A DNA stretch of 64,000 nt. Source: a virus. The translations under genes were made by a program, and so were the position numbers. Shown piece after piece: positions 10,387 to 19,583 of this stretch. Below the pieces are notes generated by a model. It was not told where the DNA came from. It worked only from the letters and a program-made list of their open reading frames with translations, and did no database searches. Every line of letters begins with the position of its first letter. The first letter of the stretch is position 1. The DNA lies in IMG/VR virus record IMGVR_UViG_3300026484_000095, positions 32,001 to 96,000 of that record. The stretch is one strand, 5' to 3'.

Positions 10387-10450
10387 AAGGGTTATTTTAA
10401 TCCTTTTACTGCTATATATGAGTTTATAAAAAATCAAGGTAGGTTTATAT

Positions 10451-12226
10451 ATGGAAGTAGAGACTTTAAAATCAAAGCAATTAACAGAGTTGTTGCACGA
10501 GGATAGTCTAAATAATGAAGATGTCGTAAATGGTGTAAAGAACTCAAAGGAAGCAATCGAAAAAAGTTTATTTGAGCCTATACCTTATGAGGGTAAATTT
10601 GCACAAGAAGTATTAGTTCAAATACCTGAGTTCAAATGGCTTAAAGGTGTAAAATGCAATCTAGTATATAATGATACAAAAAAGAGTGATAGAGAGTATT
10701 TACGAGGGCTATATGAGAGGTTATATCGCAAAGCTAAGGTAATAAGTGCAAAAGTTGCTATTAAAGAGGAAATGCCTCTTATCGCAATAGATTTAGAAAC
10801 AACTGGGCTTAATACATCTATAAAAATGGTAGGTGGAGAGATACAACGAAACATTGATTTAGTTGGTATCTGTTTAGCAATTAGTAACAAAGACGGTTTC
10901 TATATCCCTATTAAACATACTGAAGAAGATGGTATTCCTAATATGGATTTAAACTCAGCTTTGGATTTTCTACAAGATATTATTGACAACTTCTATCAAA
11001 TATATCACAATGCTTTCTACGATATGGAAGTACTAAGTATTCATCAAATAGAAATGAATACAAATTATGCTGATACTATGCTTATAGCAAATAATCTAGG
11101 TATGAAAGAATGGGACGATGTCTATGGGCTTGGACTCAAATTCCTTAGTGGTTACATTTTAGAAAGAAAAATGCTAGAAATAAATGAACTTATGGGTGCT
11201 AAGGGTATAATCAAGTTCAATAGGTTAGCAAGTAAGGACGCTGTTGTTTATGGATGCTCCGATGCTATGAACACATTTGGATTATTTGAGGAAATGGTAC
11301 TTAAAGCAAGAGATGACGATAATCCTTATAAATATAATTCATTGGCTATGAAGCTAGACACAAAAGTTCTTAATCATTTAAGAGGTATGTTTAGACACGG
11401 CTTCCCATTAGATTATAAAGTAGCAAGAGGTAATTTCTTGACCCTCATAAATAGAATGATTTTGTTTCAAAAGTATTTTTATAGCTATGAAATAACACAA
11501 GGTTACTCTATCGGTTCAGCCGAGCAAGTTAATGTAATGTTCGGAACTGTATTAGCTACAAAGTATTTAGAACGATATGGTATTAGATTATCTGAGAGTA
11601 TGGACTGGAATAACAAAAGAGTTTTAGCTTGTAAGAAAGCTTTATATAATGATTTTGGCTTAGAGATGAAAATAAAGAAACTTAAGGCTAGTTCAAAATT
11701 AACATTTGCTACAAGAAAAGAGGGAACAACTGGGGTTAAGGTTCTTAGTTGGATTTTGTCTAACATTGATAAATGGGATTTTTTGGATGAGAGTTTAAGA
11801 GACGATATTTACTGGATAGCCAATATCGTTGATAAGTACAGAAGTATGGTAACTGAACAAGGTCGTTTAGGTAAGATGATTCGCTATGTTTATAATGATG
11901 ACTTAAACATAAGTCGTTTTGGTATCGCCTTGAACCTTAATGGTGCCGATACTTCGAGGTTCTCTAATAAATCAGGTGTCGGGTCATTTGATAGGTTAGA
12001 AGTTAAAATAACAAAGACTGGGAAAGTAAATACAAAGTATTATGAGGGTGACGGGATTGCAGGTATAAATGCACAAGGTGTTCCTGCTCAACCTTATTAT
12101 ACAATAAAAGCTAAGAGAATGAAAGTCTTACCTGAACAGATGTTGGAATACATCACAGAGAAAGAGTACGATATTAATAATTATTATGAAGAATTATTAA
12201 TAACCAAATTAGTAAAGAAGAAATAA
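10451..12226 (+). CDS. polA: Family A DNA polymerase, N-terminal part (3'-5' exonuclease + thumb); lacks palm motifs A/B/C
   Basis: ExoI DLETTG, ExoII HNAFYD, DTML, ExoIII YGCSDA; GADTSRFS (=TxTGRLSS) and NAQGVP (=NLQNIP) near the C-terminus. Confidence 0.8.
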   Translation: MEVETLKSKQLTELLHEDSLNNEDVVNGVKNSKEAIEKSLFEPIPYEGKFAQEVLVQIPEFKWLKGVKCNLVYNDTKKSDREYLRGLYERLYRKAKVISAKVAIKEEMPLIAIDLETTGLNTSIKMVGGEIQRNIDLVGICLAISNKDGFYIPIKHTEEDGIPNMDLNSALDFLQDIIDNFYQIYHNAFYDMEVLSIHQIEMNTNYADTMLIANNLGMKEWDDVYGLGLKFLSGYILERKMLEINELMGAKGIIKFNRLASKDAVVYGCSDAMNTFGLFEEMVLKARDDDNPYKYNSLAMKLDTKVLNHLRGMFRHGFPLDYKVARGNFLTLINRMILFQKYFYSYEITQGYSIGSAEQVNVMFGTVLATKYLERYGIRLSESMDWNNKRVLACKKALYNDFGLEMKIKKLKASSKLTFATRKEGTTGVKVLSWILSNIDKWDFLDESLRDDIYWIANIVDKYRSMVTEQGRLGKMIRYVYNDDLNISRFGIALNLNGADTSRFSNKSGVGSFDRLEVKITKTGKVNTKYYEGDGIAGINAQGVPAQPYYTIKAKRMKVLPEQMLEYITEKEYDINNYYEELLITKLVKKK

Positions 12227-12243
12227 GCAAATAGGACTTAGAG

Positions 12244-12819
12244 ATGGGTAGAAGTAAAGTAGATATATTAGCATCTTTATTAGATACGGAAACGAAATTA
12301 CATTGCGATATTGTAACAGAAGTAGCCTTACATTTGGGTAAGACTTTAAGATTACCTGATGAAGAATTATATAATTTAAAGATGGTAACTCATCTACACG
12401 ATATAGGGAAAGTAAAAATCCCTATAAATATAATCAATAAAAGAGGTAAGCTGACAGTTGATGAGTATAAGTTAATTATGCTACATTCAAGTATAGGTGA
12501 TGAGTTATACACTAAATTTACAGGTCATAAAGATAACACTGGTATTATTAGACATCACCACGAAAAGTGGAATGGTGAGGGATACCCTGATAAATTAAGA
12601 GGTATAGAAATACCTTTGTTGGCTCGTATAGTAGCTATTGCAGATGTTTATGAAGCATTGAGAAGTGCAAGACCTTATAAAAACTCTTGGTCGCATAATA
12701 AAACTTCTTCGTATATTTTGACAAATGGTGGGTCAATGTTCGACCCTAATTTAACAGCAGTATATTATAAAGAGAATAAAGCAATAGATAAACTATGGGT
12801 AGGTTTAAGAAATGGATAA
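12244..12819 (+). CDS. HD-GYP cyclic-dinucleotide phosphodiesterase (stand-alone)
   Basis: HC..V, LHDIGK, HHHEKWNGEGYP, RIVAIADVYEAL, RPYK. Confidence 0.92.
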   Translation: MGRSKVDILASLLDTETKLHCDIVTEVALHLGKTLRLPDEELYNLKMVTHLHDIGKVKIPINIINKRGKLTVDEYKLIMLHSSIGDELYTKFTGHKDNTGIIRHHHEKWNGEGYPDKLRGIEIPLLARIVAIADVYEALRSARPYKNSWSHNKTSSYILTNGGSMFDPNLTAVYYKENKAIDKLWVGLRNG

Positions 12820-13282
12820 AAAGATAGAAGTGCTAGAGCAGGAAATTTTAACATTAAGAAGTTTAGTTAATAAATATAGATATGATTATCTAACTGGTTT
12901 AAAACAGCGATTAGATTTTGAGGATGATTTTAGTGAACTATTTTTTAGAAAGGAATCTTTCTCTTTGTTGGTCATTGACTTAAATAATCTTCATACAATT
13001 AATCTAAAGTTTGGTTACATTGAGGGCGATAGATTTATAAAAACTACTGCTTATCAAATATCTTCCAAAATTAAAGGGAGACTGTATAGAATAGGTGGAG
13101 ATGAATTTGCTTTATTAGTAACTGATTCAATAGATGATAATGAGCTAGACAAAATCCCTAACTGCACTTGGGCTTATAAGGAAGTGGATTATTTAAAACA
13201 TTTATCGACTAGTCATATATTCTCTGATGTTGATAAAATCTTGAAAGAGAAGAAAAGCAAACTGAAAGAACAAGTAAGATAG
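12812..13282 (+). CDS. GGDEF (diguanylate cyclase) domain protein
   Basis: DYLTGL, IDLNNL..IN..FGY..GD, YRIGGDEF; N-terminal coiled helix. Confidence 0.9.
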   Translation: MDKKIEVLEQEILTLRSLVNKYRYDYLTGLKQRLDFEDDFSELFFRKESFSLLVIDLNNLHTINLKFGYIEGDRFIKTTAYQISSKIKGRLYRIGGDEFALLVTDSIDDNELDKIPNCTWAYKEVDYLKHLSTSHIFSDVDKILKEKKSKLKEQVR

Positions 13283-13284
13283 CT

Positions 13285-13710
13285 ATGACTATACAAGATA
13301 GGAAAGAGTATTTTAAAAAGTATTATGTTGAGAATAAAGACAAGATACGAGAAAAGTCAAGAGCTAGATATGAAGCTAAAAAGCCTTATATAAGAGAGCA
13401 GACAAAGAAGTATAGAACAACTAAGGGCTATAAAAAGAGTAAAGCTCAAAGCACAGCTAAGATACAAGCAGAAAGAGAACTGTCAAGTATTTTAGCAAAA
13501 GAGAGTGGAACATACGGCAAAGGCTACACATACGAAGAGGATAAATCCATCTTGTTGTATAAAGAACAGCTAGGTTGCACTTATAAATATATAGCAGAAG
13601 AAATACTTAAAAGAAGTATTAAAGGCATTGAGTATAGATATAACTATCTTAAAAAGATGAGAGCTAAGTCAAAAAGTAATAATCCTTTTACTGAGATAGT
13701 ATATAAATAA
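13285..13710 (+). CDS. Basic protein with C-terminal Myb/SANT-like HTH
   Basis: YTYEEDKSIL...LGCTYKYIAEEILKRSIKGIEYRY. Confidence 0.6.
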   Translation: MTIQDRKEYFKKYYVENKDKIREKSRARYEAKKPYIREQTKKYRTTKGYKKSKAQSTAKIQAERELSSILAKESGTYGKGYTYEEDKSILLYKEQLGCTYKYIAEEILKRSIKGIEYRYNYLKKMRAKSKSNNPFTEIVYK

Positions 13711-13729
13711 AATTTGAAGAGGGTTTTCA

Positions 13730-15673
13730 ATGGTAATTAAATTAGACGATTTTCAAAGAAAGGTTTATGTTCAACCTGTTCTGAAAGATACAGCATTGAT
13801 AGTTGAAGCAGTTGCAGGGTCAGGTAAATCAACTACAATGGTATCAAAGGCTTACAGGTTTATAAAAATGGGACTGAAGCCACATAACATCTTATTAACT
13901 ACATTCAGTAATAAGAGTGCTAAGGATTTAAGAACTAAATTCCGAAATACATTTGGCGATAAGGTTCAAGGCACTCCTATGATTACAACTCTCCATAGTT
14001 TCGGTATAGAGATATTAAAAACATTTTTCAAGATAAAGACACCTATCATTCTTACAGAGTGGAAATCTCTAATGGTTATACGAGAGATATGTGATAATAT
14101 GGGTCTATTTGTTAATGAAGATACTGGAATGAAATGGAACAAGAAAGACCAAACAGCTTTTGTAAGACAAGTGTATGATGGACTTGATTATCTTAAAAGT
14201 AATATGATAATCAATGATATAAGAGATATATCAACTGGTAAAGTTCTTATCAATGAGTTCAAGGATAAATCTAACTGGTTCTCCTCTGAACTGTTTGCTC
14301 AAATCGTAGTGCAATATGAAAATGTTAAAAGAGAACGGGGTTTCTATGATTACAATGACCTGATATTCAGAGTATATTATGAGTTACTAAATCATAAGAA
14401 AATTCTAGCTAAGGTTAGAAAAAAGTATAAAGTGGCTATAATTGATGAAGCACAAGACTTAGACGCTTCTCAATGGGCTTTTATCTTATTGCTAAGTATG
14501 GGTCAAAGACTTATAGCAGTTGGAGATAAAATGCAAAACATATATAACTTTCGGTACTCTGTTCCTGCGAATTTTAGCACAACTTTCTTATATAAGTTCT
14601 TTGGTAAAGTCATAGAGCTATCATTGGAGAATAATTATAGAAGCACCAAGAATATCGTAGATATTGGAAACATTGTACGATACATAGGTAAAGATAAATT
14701 GGTTTCTAAATCTTTTAGACCTAAGGTGCAAGGTTCAGTTAAATTCATCACAGTTAAAAACAACCTACAAGAGGGAACAGCTATTGCTGACCAAGTTAAA
14801 AAAGCATTAGAGCAAGGTTATTCATTAGGCGATATAACTATCATCTGTCGTAGTAATATGTATATCAAAACAAATGTAGAACCTGCATTAGTTCGTAATG
14901 ATATTCCTTATATGCTACTATCTAAACAAATCGGTAAGAAGCTAACAGATAAACCTGCTAATCAAATTTATTTCAATATCTTATCATTATTGATTAATCC
15001 CAATGACATTACTTCGCTATCAGATTTAACTGTATATATAAAAGGGTGTGGAGAGAAGTTTGCAGATGAACTTGGTAAGCAGTTGCTAAGAACTGGGGAT
15101 ATTAGAAGTGTCTCCGTGTCAAGTAATAACAAAACTAAATTAGATAATGTAAAAGTTCTTTACAATGAAATCTATAAACTGAGAAATAGTATTAGCAGTA
15201 TTAAGCTAATAACTAAAATGCTTGATGTAATAGGGTATCTTATAAATGTTTATCTTAAACCCGAAATTGTATCTAACAAAGAGAGGGAAACAATCGAGCA
15301 AGTTATATTAAACTGGGTTAATTATTACAAAGGCGAGGGTATAACTGATGTATGGGAAAACATCAATCAAGTTCTATTTGAGATAGACTCATTTGATGCA
15401 GATGATAGCGAAGATAAAGTAAGAGTAGGAACTATACATTCGCAGAAGGGACTAGAGCAACCTATATCAATATGTGCAGGGTTTGTAGGGTATAAGCAAA
15501 GACCTGATGTAGATAATGATAATGTTAATATGTTGTATGTTCAACTATCAAGAGCTATGGATAAATTGGTGGTTATTAACTCAATCGATTATGTTCTAAA
15601 GAGTGGCGACACAGTAAAAGGTGCTATGTTATCACAAATGAAAATTTTATTAAGTATATTAAAGGGGGAGTAA
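13730..15673 (+). CDS. uvrD: UvrD/Rep/PcrA-family SF1 helicase
   Basis: AVAGSGKS, TFSNKSA, TLHSF, IDEAQD, VGDKMQNIYNFR, NYRS, TIHSQKGLE, LYVQLSRA. Confidence 0.92.
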   Translation: MVIKLDDFQRKVYVQPVLKDTALIVEAVAGSGKSTTMVSKAYRFIKMGLKPHNILLTTFSNKSAKDLRTKFRNTFGDKVQGTPMITTLHSFGIEILKTFFKIKTPIILTEWKSLMVIREICDNMGLFVNEDTGMKWNKKDQTAFVRQVYDGLDYLKSNMIINDIRDISTGKVLINEFKDKSNWFSSELFAQIVVQYENVKRERGFYDYNDLIFRVYYELLNHKKILAKVRKKYKVAIIDEAQDLDASQWAFILLLSMGQRLIAVGDKMQNIYNFRYSVPANFSTTFLYKFFGKVIELSLENNYRSTKNIVDIGNIVRYIGKDKLVSKSFRPKVQGSVKFITVKNNLQEGTAIADQVKKALEQGYSLGDITIICRSNMYIKTNVEPALVRNDIPYMLLSKQIGKKLTDKPANQIYFNILSLLINPNDITSLSDLTVYIKGCGEKFADELGKQLLRTGDIRSVSVSSNNKTKLDNVKVLYNEIYKLRNSISSIKLITKMLDVIGYLINVYLKPEIVSNKERETIEQVILNWVNYYKGEGITDVWENINQVLFEIDSFDADDSEDKVRVGTIHSQKGLEQPISICAGFVGYKQRPDVDNDNVNMLYVQLSRAMDKLVVINSIDYVLKSGDTVKGAMLSQMKILLSILKGE

Positions 15674-16413
15674 ATGAGACCTAAAAGAAAAAAGAGAAAG
15701 CTCATTAAACCTAATAACATTTACAATATGGACGCTAGGAAGCTGTTAAGACTTATCCCCAGCAATTCTGTAGATTTAATTGTAACAGACCCTCCTTATC
15801 CCGTTATAAGTGGTGGTAGGAATGGAAAAAACAGTAAAGACCCAAAAGGTGTATTGTTAGCTAATGATGGTAAGATATTCAAACATAATGATATTTCAAT
15901 TCACGAATGGTTACCTGAATGTTATAGAGTATTGAAAGAAGATACACATATCTATATTATGACCAATATGCTTAATTTAGTAGAGTATCTTAATGCAGTA
16001 GAGAAATACGGGTTCAAGATACATAATCTTTTAGTATGAGTTAAGAATAATGCAACTCCTAACAAGTGGTATATGAAAATGTTGAGTATACTATCTTTGC
16101 TAGAAAGGGTAAGGCTAAATATATAAATAACCCTAGCTCTCTAACAGCCCAGAACCATAAGAATAAAGATAGAGGTAGAGTGAATGAATCATATCACCCA
16201 ACAGAAAAGCCTCTAACTTTAATGAGAGAGTATGTAAGTAATTCTGCTAAGACAGGAGATTTAGTTTTAGACCCGTTTATGGGTGGTGGGGCTGTACCCA
16301 TAGTATGTCAAGAGCTTAATATAGATTATATAGCAAATGATATAGATGAAGCTTATTACAAAGTAGTTCAAGACCGTTTAGAATTGGAAAGAACTGATAA
16401 TTGGTTTCAATAG
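15674..16413 (+). pseudogene. Disrupted N4/N6 DNA methyltransferase (beta class)
   Basis: TDPPY in 15674-16039; HPTEKP and DPFMGGG in the second frame; TGA at 16037-39 where Trp is expected and one A missing at 16076-79. Confidence 0.8.
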
Positions 16414-16594
16414 ATAGTTAATAAATAGTTAATAAAGTTCTATATATTGTAAAAAGTTCTTATAGTTATAAAGAGCTTCATATTTGGCTTATATGGGTTT
16501 AAAATAGTTTATTAAGGGTAAAGTGTATCTTAGAGAGAAAAAGGCTTAAAAGGGCTTAGAATTAAATTTTAAAATTTATAGTAAAAAATCTCTT

Positions 16595-16640
16595 CTTTAA
16601 GGTATATTTAAGCTATATTTTTATATCATTTTTTATCTAA
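16595..16640 (+). promoter_or_regulatory. Early promoter P8 with degenerate upstream module (from ~16487)
   Basis: CTTTAAGG 16595, TTAAG 16608, TATCAT 16624. Confidence 0.7.
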
Positions 16641-16762
16641 AAAGTTAAAGAGCTTTTTAGGGTTATTTAAAATCATATTGTTAAGCTTTAATAGTTTATT
16701 TTTATAGCTTCCGAATCTTTATTATAATTTAGTATAAATAAGAAAAAATAAGGATATTAAAA

Positions 16763-17572
16763 ATGGAAAATGTAAAATTAACTAAGGGTTCTAAAGTAAA
16801 GTTAGCAGGTAAAGAGTATGAAGTAACTGTTGTTGGTTCAAATCAAGTTACATTAAAAAATGTAAAAGATGGTAAGACTAGAAGAGTTGCTTTTAGTAGT
16901 TCTGCCTATGCTAAGATTGAAGTCCTAGAACTTGTTGAAAGCAAAGAAACAGAAGCAAAAGAAGAGAAGACTTCTAAAAAAGCTCCTAAAAAGAGAGAGG
17001 GTAAGAAACTTCAAGAGAAAGAAGATATTAAACCTCTTAACATTGAAGAGTTTGAGATGGAATCTTGGAAAGAACTTGTAGGGGAAGTGGAAACAGTAGA
17101 AGAAGCACCTCATTTCAAGTTTGAAGCTGAAACATTCACTTCTGCTTGGATATATTCAATCCAAAGAGCAAATAAAGCTCAAAGACTAGAGTATATCTTG
17201 AAAAAGTTAGAGATGGAGGGAGAGGACAGTTTCTTTGGGTTGCTGTTAGCTATCTATAAAGTTAGACAAAATTACAAGTTTAACTTTAACAAGTTTGAGC
17301 AACGAGTTCTTCAAGATAAAGTTCATCAAGGTAAAAGAGCTAAAAAGATAAAAATCGCAGATATTTTAGAGGCAATGAAACCTGCATTACATAAATCTCA
17401 AAATAAAATCACAATGGAGATGTATGACGCTGTTATCAAAACAATACCTGATGATGGTGTTGATGGTAAGCAAAGTTGGATTTTCTATGCAATAGATGGT
17501 CTATGGACTGATGTTGGTTCTCTAAAATTATCTCAACAAGATTTAGCAAATATCAAGATACCTATGTCATAG
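16763..17572 (+). CDS. Hypothetical protein (small beta-rich N-terminal domain)
   Basis: 269-aa ORF, AAGGA RBS. Confidence 0.75.
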   Translation: MENVKLTKGSKVKLAGKEYEVTVVGSNQVTLKNVKDGKTRRVAFSSSAYAKIEVLELVESKETEAKEEKTSKKAPKKREGKKLQEKEDIKPLNIEEFEMESWKELVGEVETVEEAPHFKFEAETFTSAWIYSIQRANKAQRLEYILKKLEMEGEDSFFGLLLAIYKVRQNYKFNFNKFEQRVLQDKVHQGKRAKKIKIADILEAMKPALHKSQNKITMEMYDAVIKTIPDDGVDGKQSWIFYAIDGLWTDVGSLKLSQQDLANIKIPMS

Positions 17573-17667
17573 TAGGTGTCTTGACGGTCATTGGTTTTGC
17601 GGTGGGTTCGTTTGCTATAAAAATAAGCTATTAAGCTGAAACAATAAAATAATGTTAAAGGAAAGTT

Positions 17668-18021
17668 ATGACTGAGATTAGTGTAAAAACTGAGCAAGAG
17701 CTTGATGATGTTGTAAAGAGTAATGATTTTACTATGATTCGTTTCTCTGCTCAATGGTGCAACCCTTGTAAGATGTTAAATGAAACTATGGAGCAAAATG
17801 TATTGACTTCTGATGAGATTGACAGTAGCAAGATTGCTTTTGTTAAAATAGATGTAGATACACCAGAGCTTCAAACTTCCGTAGTACCCAAGTTTGATGT
17901 CCGTTCAATTCCTTATGTAGTCTTTGTAGATAAGCAAGGCACGAAGATAGAGGGTCTCAGTTTTGTTGGGTATAGAACTCCCGAAGATATACTAGAAATA
18001 ATTAAGGGTTTATATTCTTAA
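17668..18021 (+). CDS. trxA: Thioredoxin
   Basis: FSAQWCNPCK, KIDVD, VRSIP. Confidence 0.9.
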   Translation: MTEISVKTEQELDDVVKSNDFTMIRFSAQWCNPCKMLNETMEQNVLTSDEIDSSKIAFVKIDVDTPELQTSVVPKFDVRSIPYVVFVDKQGTKIEGLSFVGYRTPEDILEIIKGLYS

Positions 18022-18108
18022 TTATCCCTTAGAGAAGCTATTTTTGTTAGAGGTTAAAATTTAATCCCTAACTTCGTATTTGGGTTAATCCTATTAAGGA
18101 GGTAAAAT

Positions 18109-19464
18109 TTGAAAATAATCAAGGTAGGTGCAGAAGTTAATTACTTGGGTCGCAATCATATCATTACAGATGTGACGGAACAAGGAGTTACAATAAAGCG
18201 AGTTGAAGCACTCCCTAATGAGTATTCTATTTATATCCGAAATGGCTCTGAACGATTTTTTAAAATCTTTCAAAAGGAGTTCAATGTAGAGGACATAGAA
18301 GTTACTGATGATGGAGGAACCGATGTTACATTGGTAAAGTCTAATCAACAAGATGAAGATGATGAGGAATACGAAGATGAGTATTTGTCATTGAACGATT
18401 TTATCGTTAATCTTACAAAAGCTCACACTGGTTATGCAAACAAAGAGGGAGTACTCGAATTTCTTGAGTCGGAAATCTTTGATTTTGACGACCCGTATAA
18501 TGAGCTGAAAAGGTTTACTGTATCTTGTTGGCTTAATAGAAGACTGTTGGTTAAATTTCAAACTGACAAAATTCAAGAAAGTTTAGACAAAATTCAAAAC
18601 AGACAGGAGGTTTATTCTAATGAGTTAAGATTATTCATTGAAAGTGCAGTAGGTGATTTAACGGAACCTTCGGCTAAGGAGTTAAAGAGTTTAGCTCAAT
18701 TAATTCCTTTGGAAGACGAAGAGTTAATTGTTAATATCATTAGAGGTTTTGATATACCAACACTATGGTTAAATCAAATGGAAGTTAAAGAGCTGTTAGA
18801 AGAAGCAGACTCTCAATTTTTAAACAATTCAAACAAGGAAAAAATTATGGCAACAATCAAAGGTTTAAGCGACAACACAGTTAAAGAGATGTTAGATTTA
18901 TTTTCAGCAGAAGCAAACGCAAGAGGGCTTGTTGGTGCAGAGGTAGAAGATACTGAGGAAGATGAAGAAGAAGAGCTAGACTTGGAAGCTATGTCTATCA
19001 AAGAGCTAAGAGCTTATTGTAAAGAAGAGGGTATCGACATCAAAGGTCTAAAGACAAAAGATGATATTCTTGATGCAATCTACGGCGAAGATGAAGAGGA
19101 AGCTGATGACGAAGAGGAAGAAGCTGATGAAGATGAAATCGACGAAGAAGAGGCAGAAGATATTGCTGATGAAGAGGCAGAAGATGAAGAATATACTGAG
19201 GAAGAGCTTGAAGAGTATTCTTTGAAAGACCTTAGAGAAATCGCTGATGAAGACTTCGGTATCGAGGGTGTTAAAAAGATGAAAAAACCTGCCCTTATTG
19301 AGGCTATCCTTGAAGCACAAGCAGAAGATGAAGATAACGATATGCCCGATTTTGAATCAATGACTCTAAAAGAGCTTAGAGATTTTGCAAAAGATGAGGG
19401 TATCGACACAAAAGGTCTTAAAAAGCAAGAGCTTATCGACGAGCTTGAAGCATTATATGAGTAA
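18109..19464 (+). CDS. Highly acidic protein with three Rho-N/HeH-like repeats; probable internal start at 18847
   Basis: LEAMSIKELRAYCKEEGI, LEEYSLKDLREIADEDFGI, FESMTLKELRDFAKDEGI separated by D/E tracts; AAGGA RBS before ATG 18847. Confidence 0.75.
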   Translation: MKIIKVGAEVNYLGRNHIITDVTEQGVTIKRVEALPNEYSIYIRNGSERFFKIFQKEFNVEDIEVTDDGGTDVTLVKSNQQDEDDEEYEDEYLSLNDFIVNLTKAHTGYANKEGVLEFLESEIFDFDDPYNELKRFTVSCWLNRRLLVKFQTDKIQESLDKIQNRQEVYSNELRLFIESAVGDLTEPSAKELKSLAQLIPLEDEELIVNIIRGFDIPTLWLNQMEVKELLEEADSQFLNNSNKEKIMATIKGLSDNTVKEMLDLFSAEANARGLVGAEVEDTEEDEEEELDLEAMSIKELRAYCKEEGIDIKGLKTKDDILDAIYGEDEEEADDEEEEADEDEIDEEEAEDIADEEAEDEEYTEEELEEYSLKDLREIADEDFGIEGVKKMKKPALIEAILEAQAEDEDNDMPDFESMTLKELRDFAKDEGIDTKGLKKQELIDELEALYE

Positions 19465-19480
19465 GAAGTTGGTGCAAAGG

Positions 19481-19510
19481 TAAGGGGTTTAATTACCCCT
19501 TATGCTTTTA
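19481..19510 (+). terminator. Terminator hairpin
   Basis: TAAGGGGT...ACCCCTTA. Confidence 0.55.
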
Positions 19511-19583
19511 TATATGTGTATCTATTATGTATATATGAGAGCATAAAAGTATAGGCATAAAATGATTATAAAGGTGGTTTACG

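Noticed and set aside
16037-16039. TGA=Trp genetic-code reassignment
   Set aside because: TGA ends several genes cleanly in overlaps with the next gene (e.g. 24841, 27014, 28949), Trp is TGG elsewhere, and a frameshift follows anyway.
5-16640. CRISPR array from the recurring TTTAAGG motif
   Set aside because: Copies are hundreds to thousands of bases apart and sit directly upstream of genes; they fit promoters.
17575-17625. tRNA-like GGTGGGTTCG sequence
   Set aside because: No cloverleaf, acceptor stem or T-stem complement.
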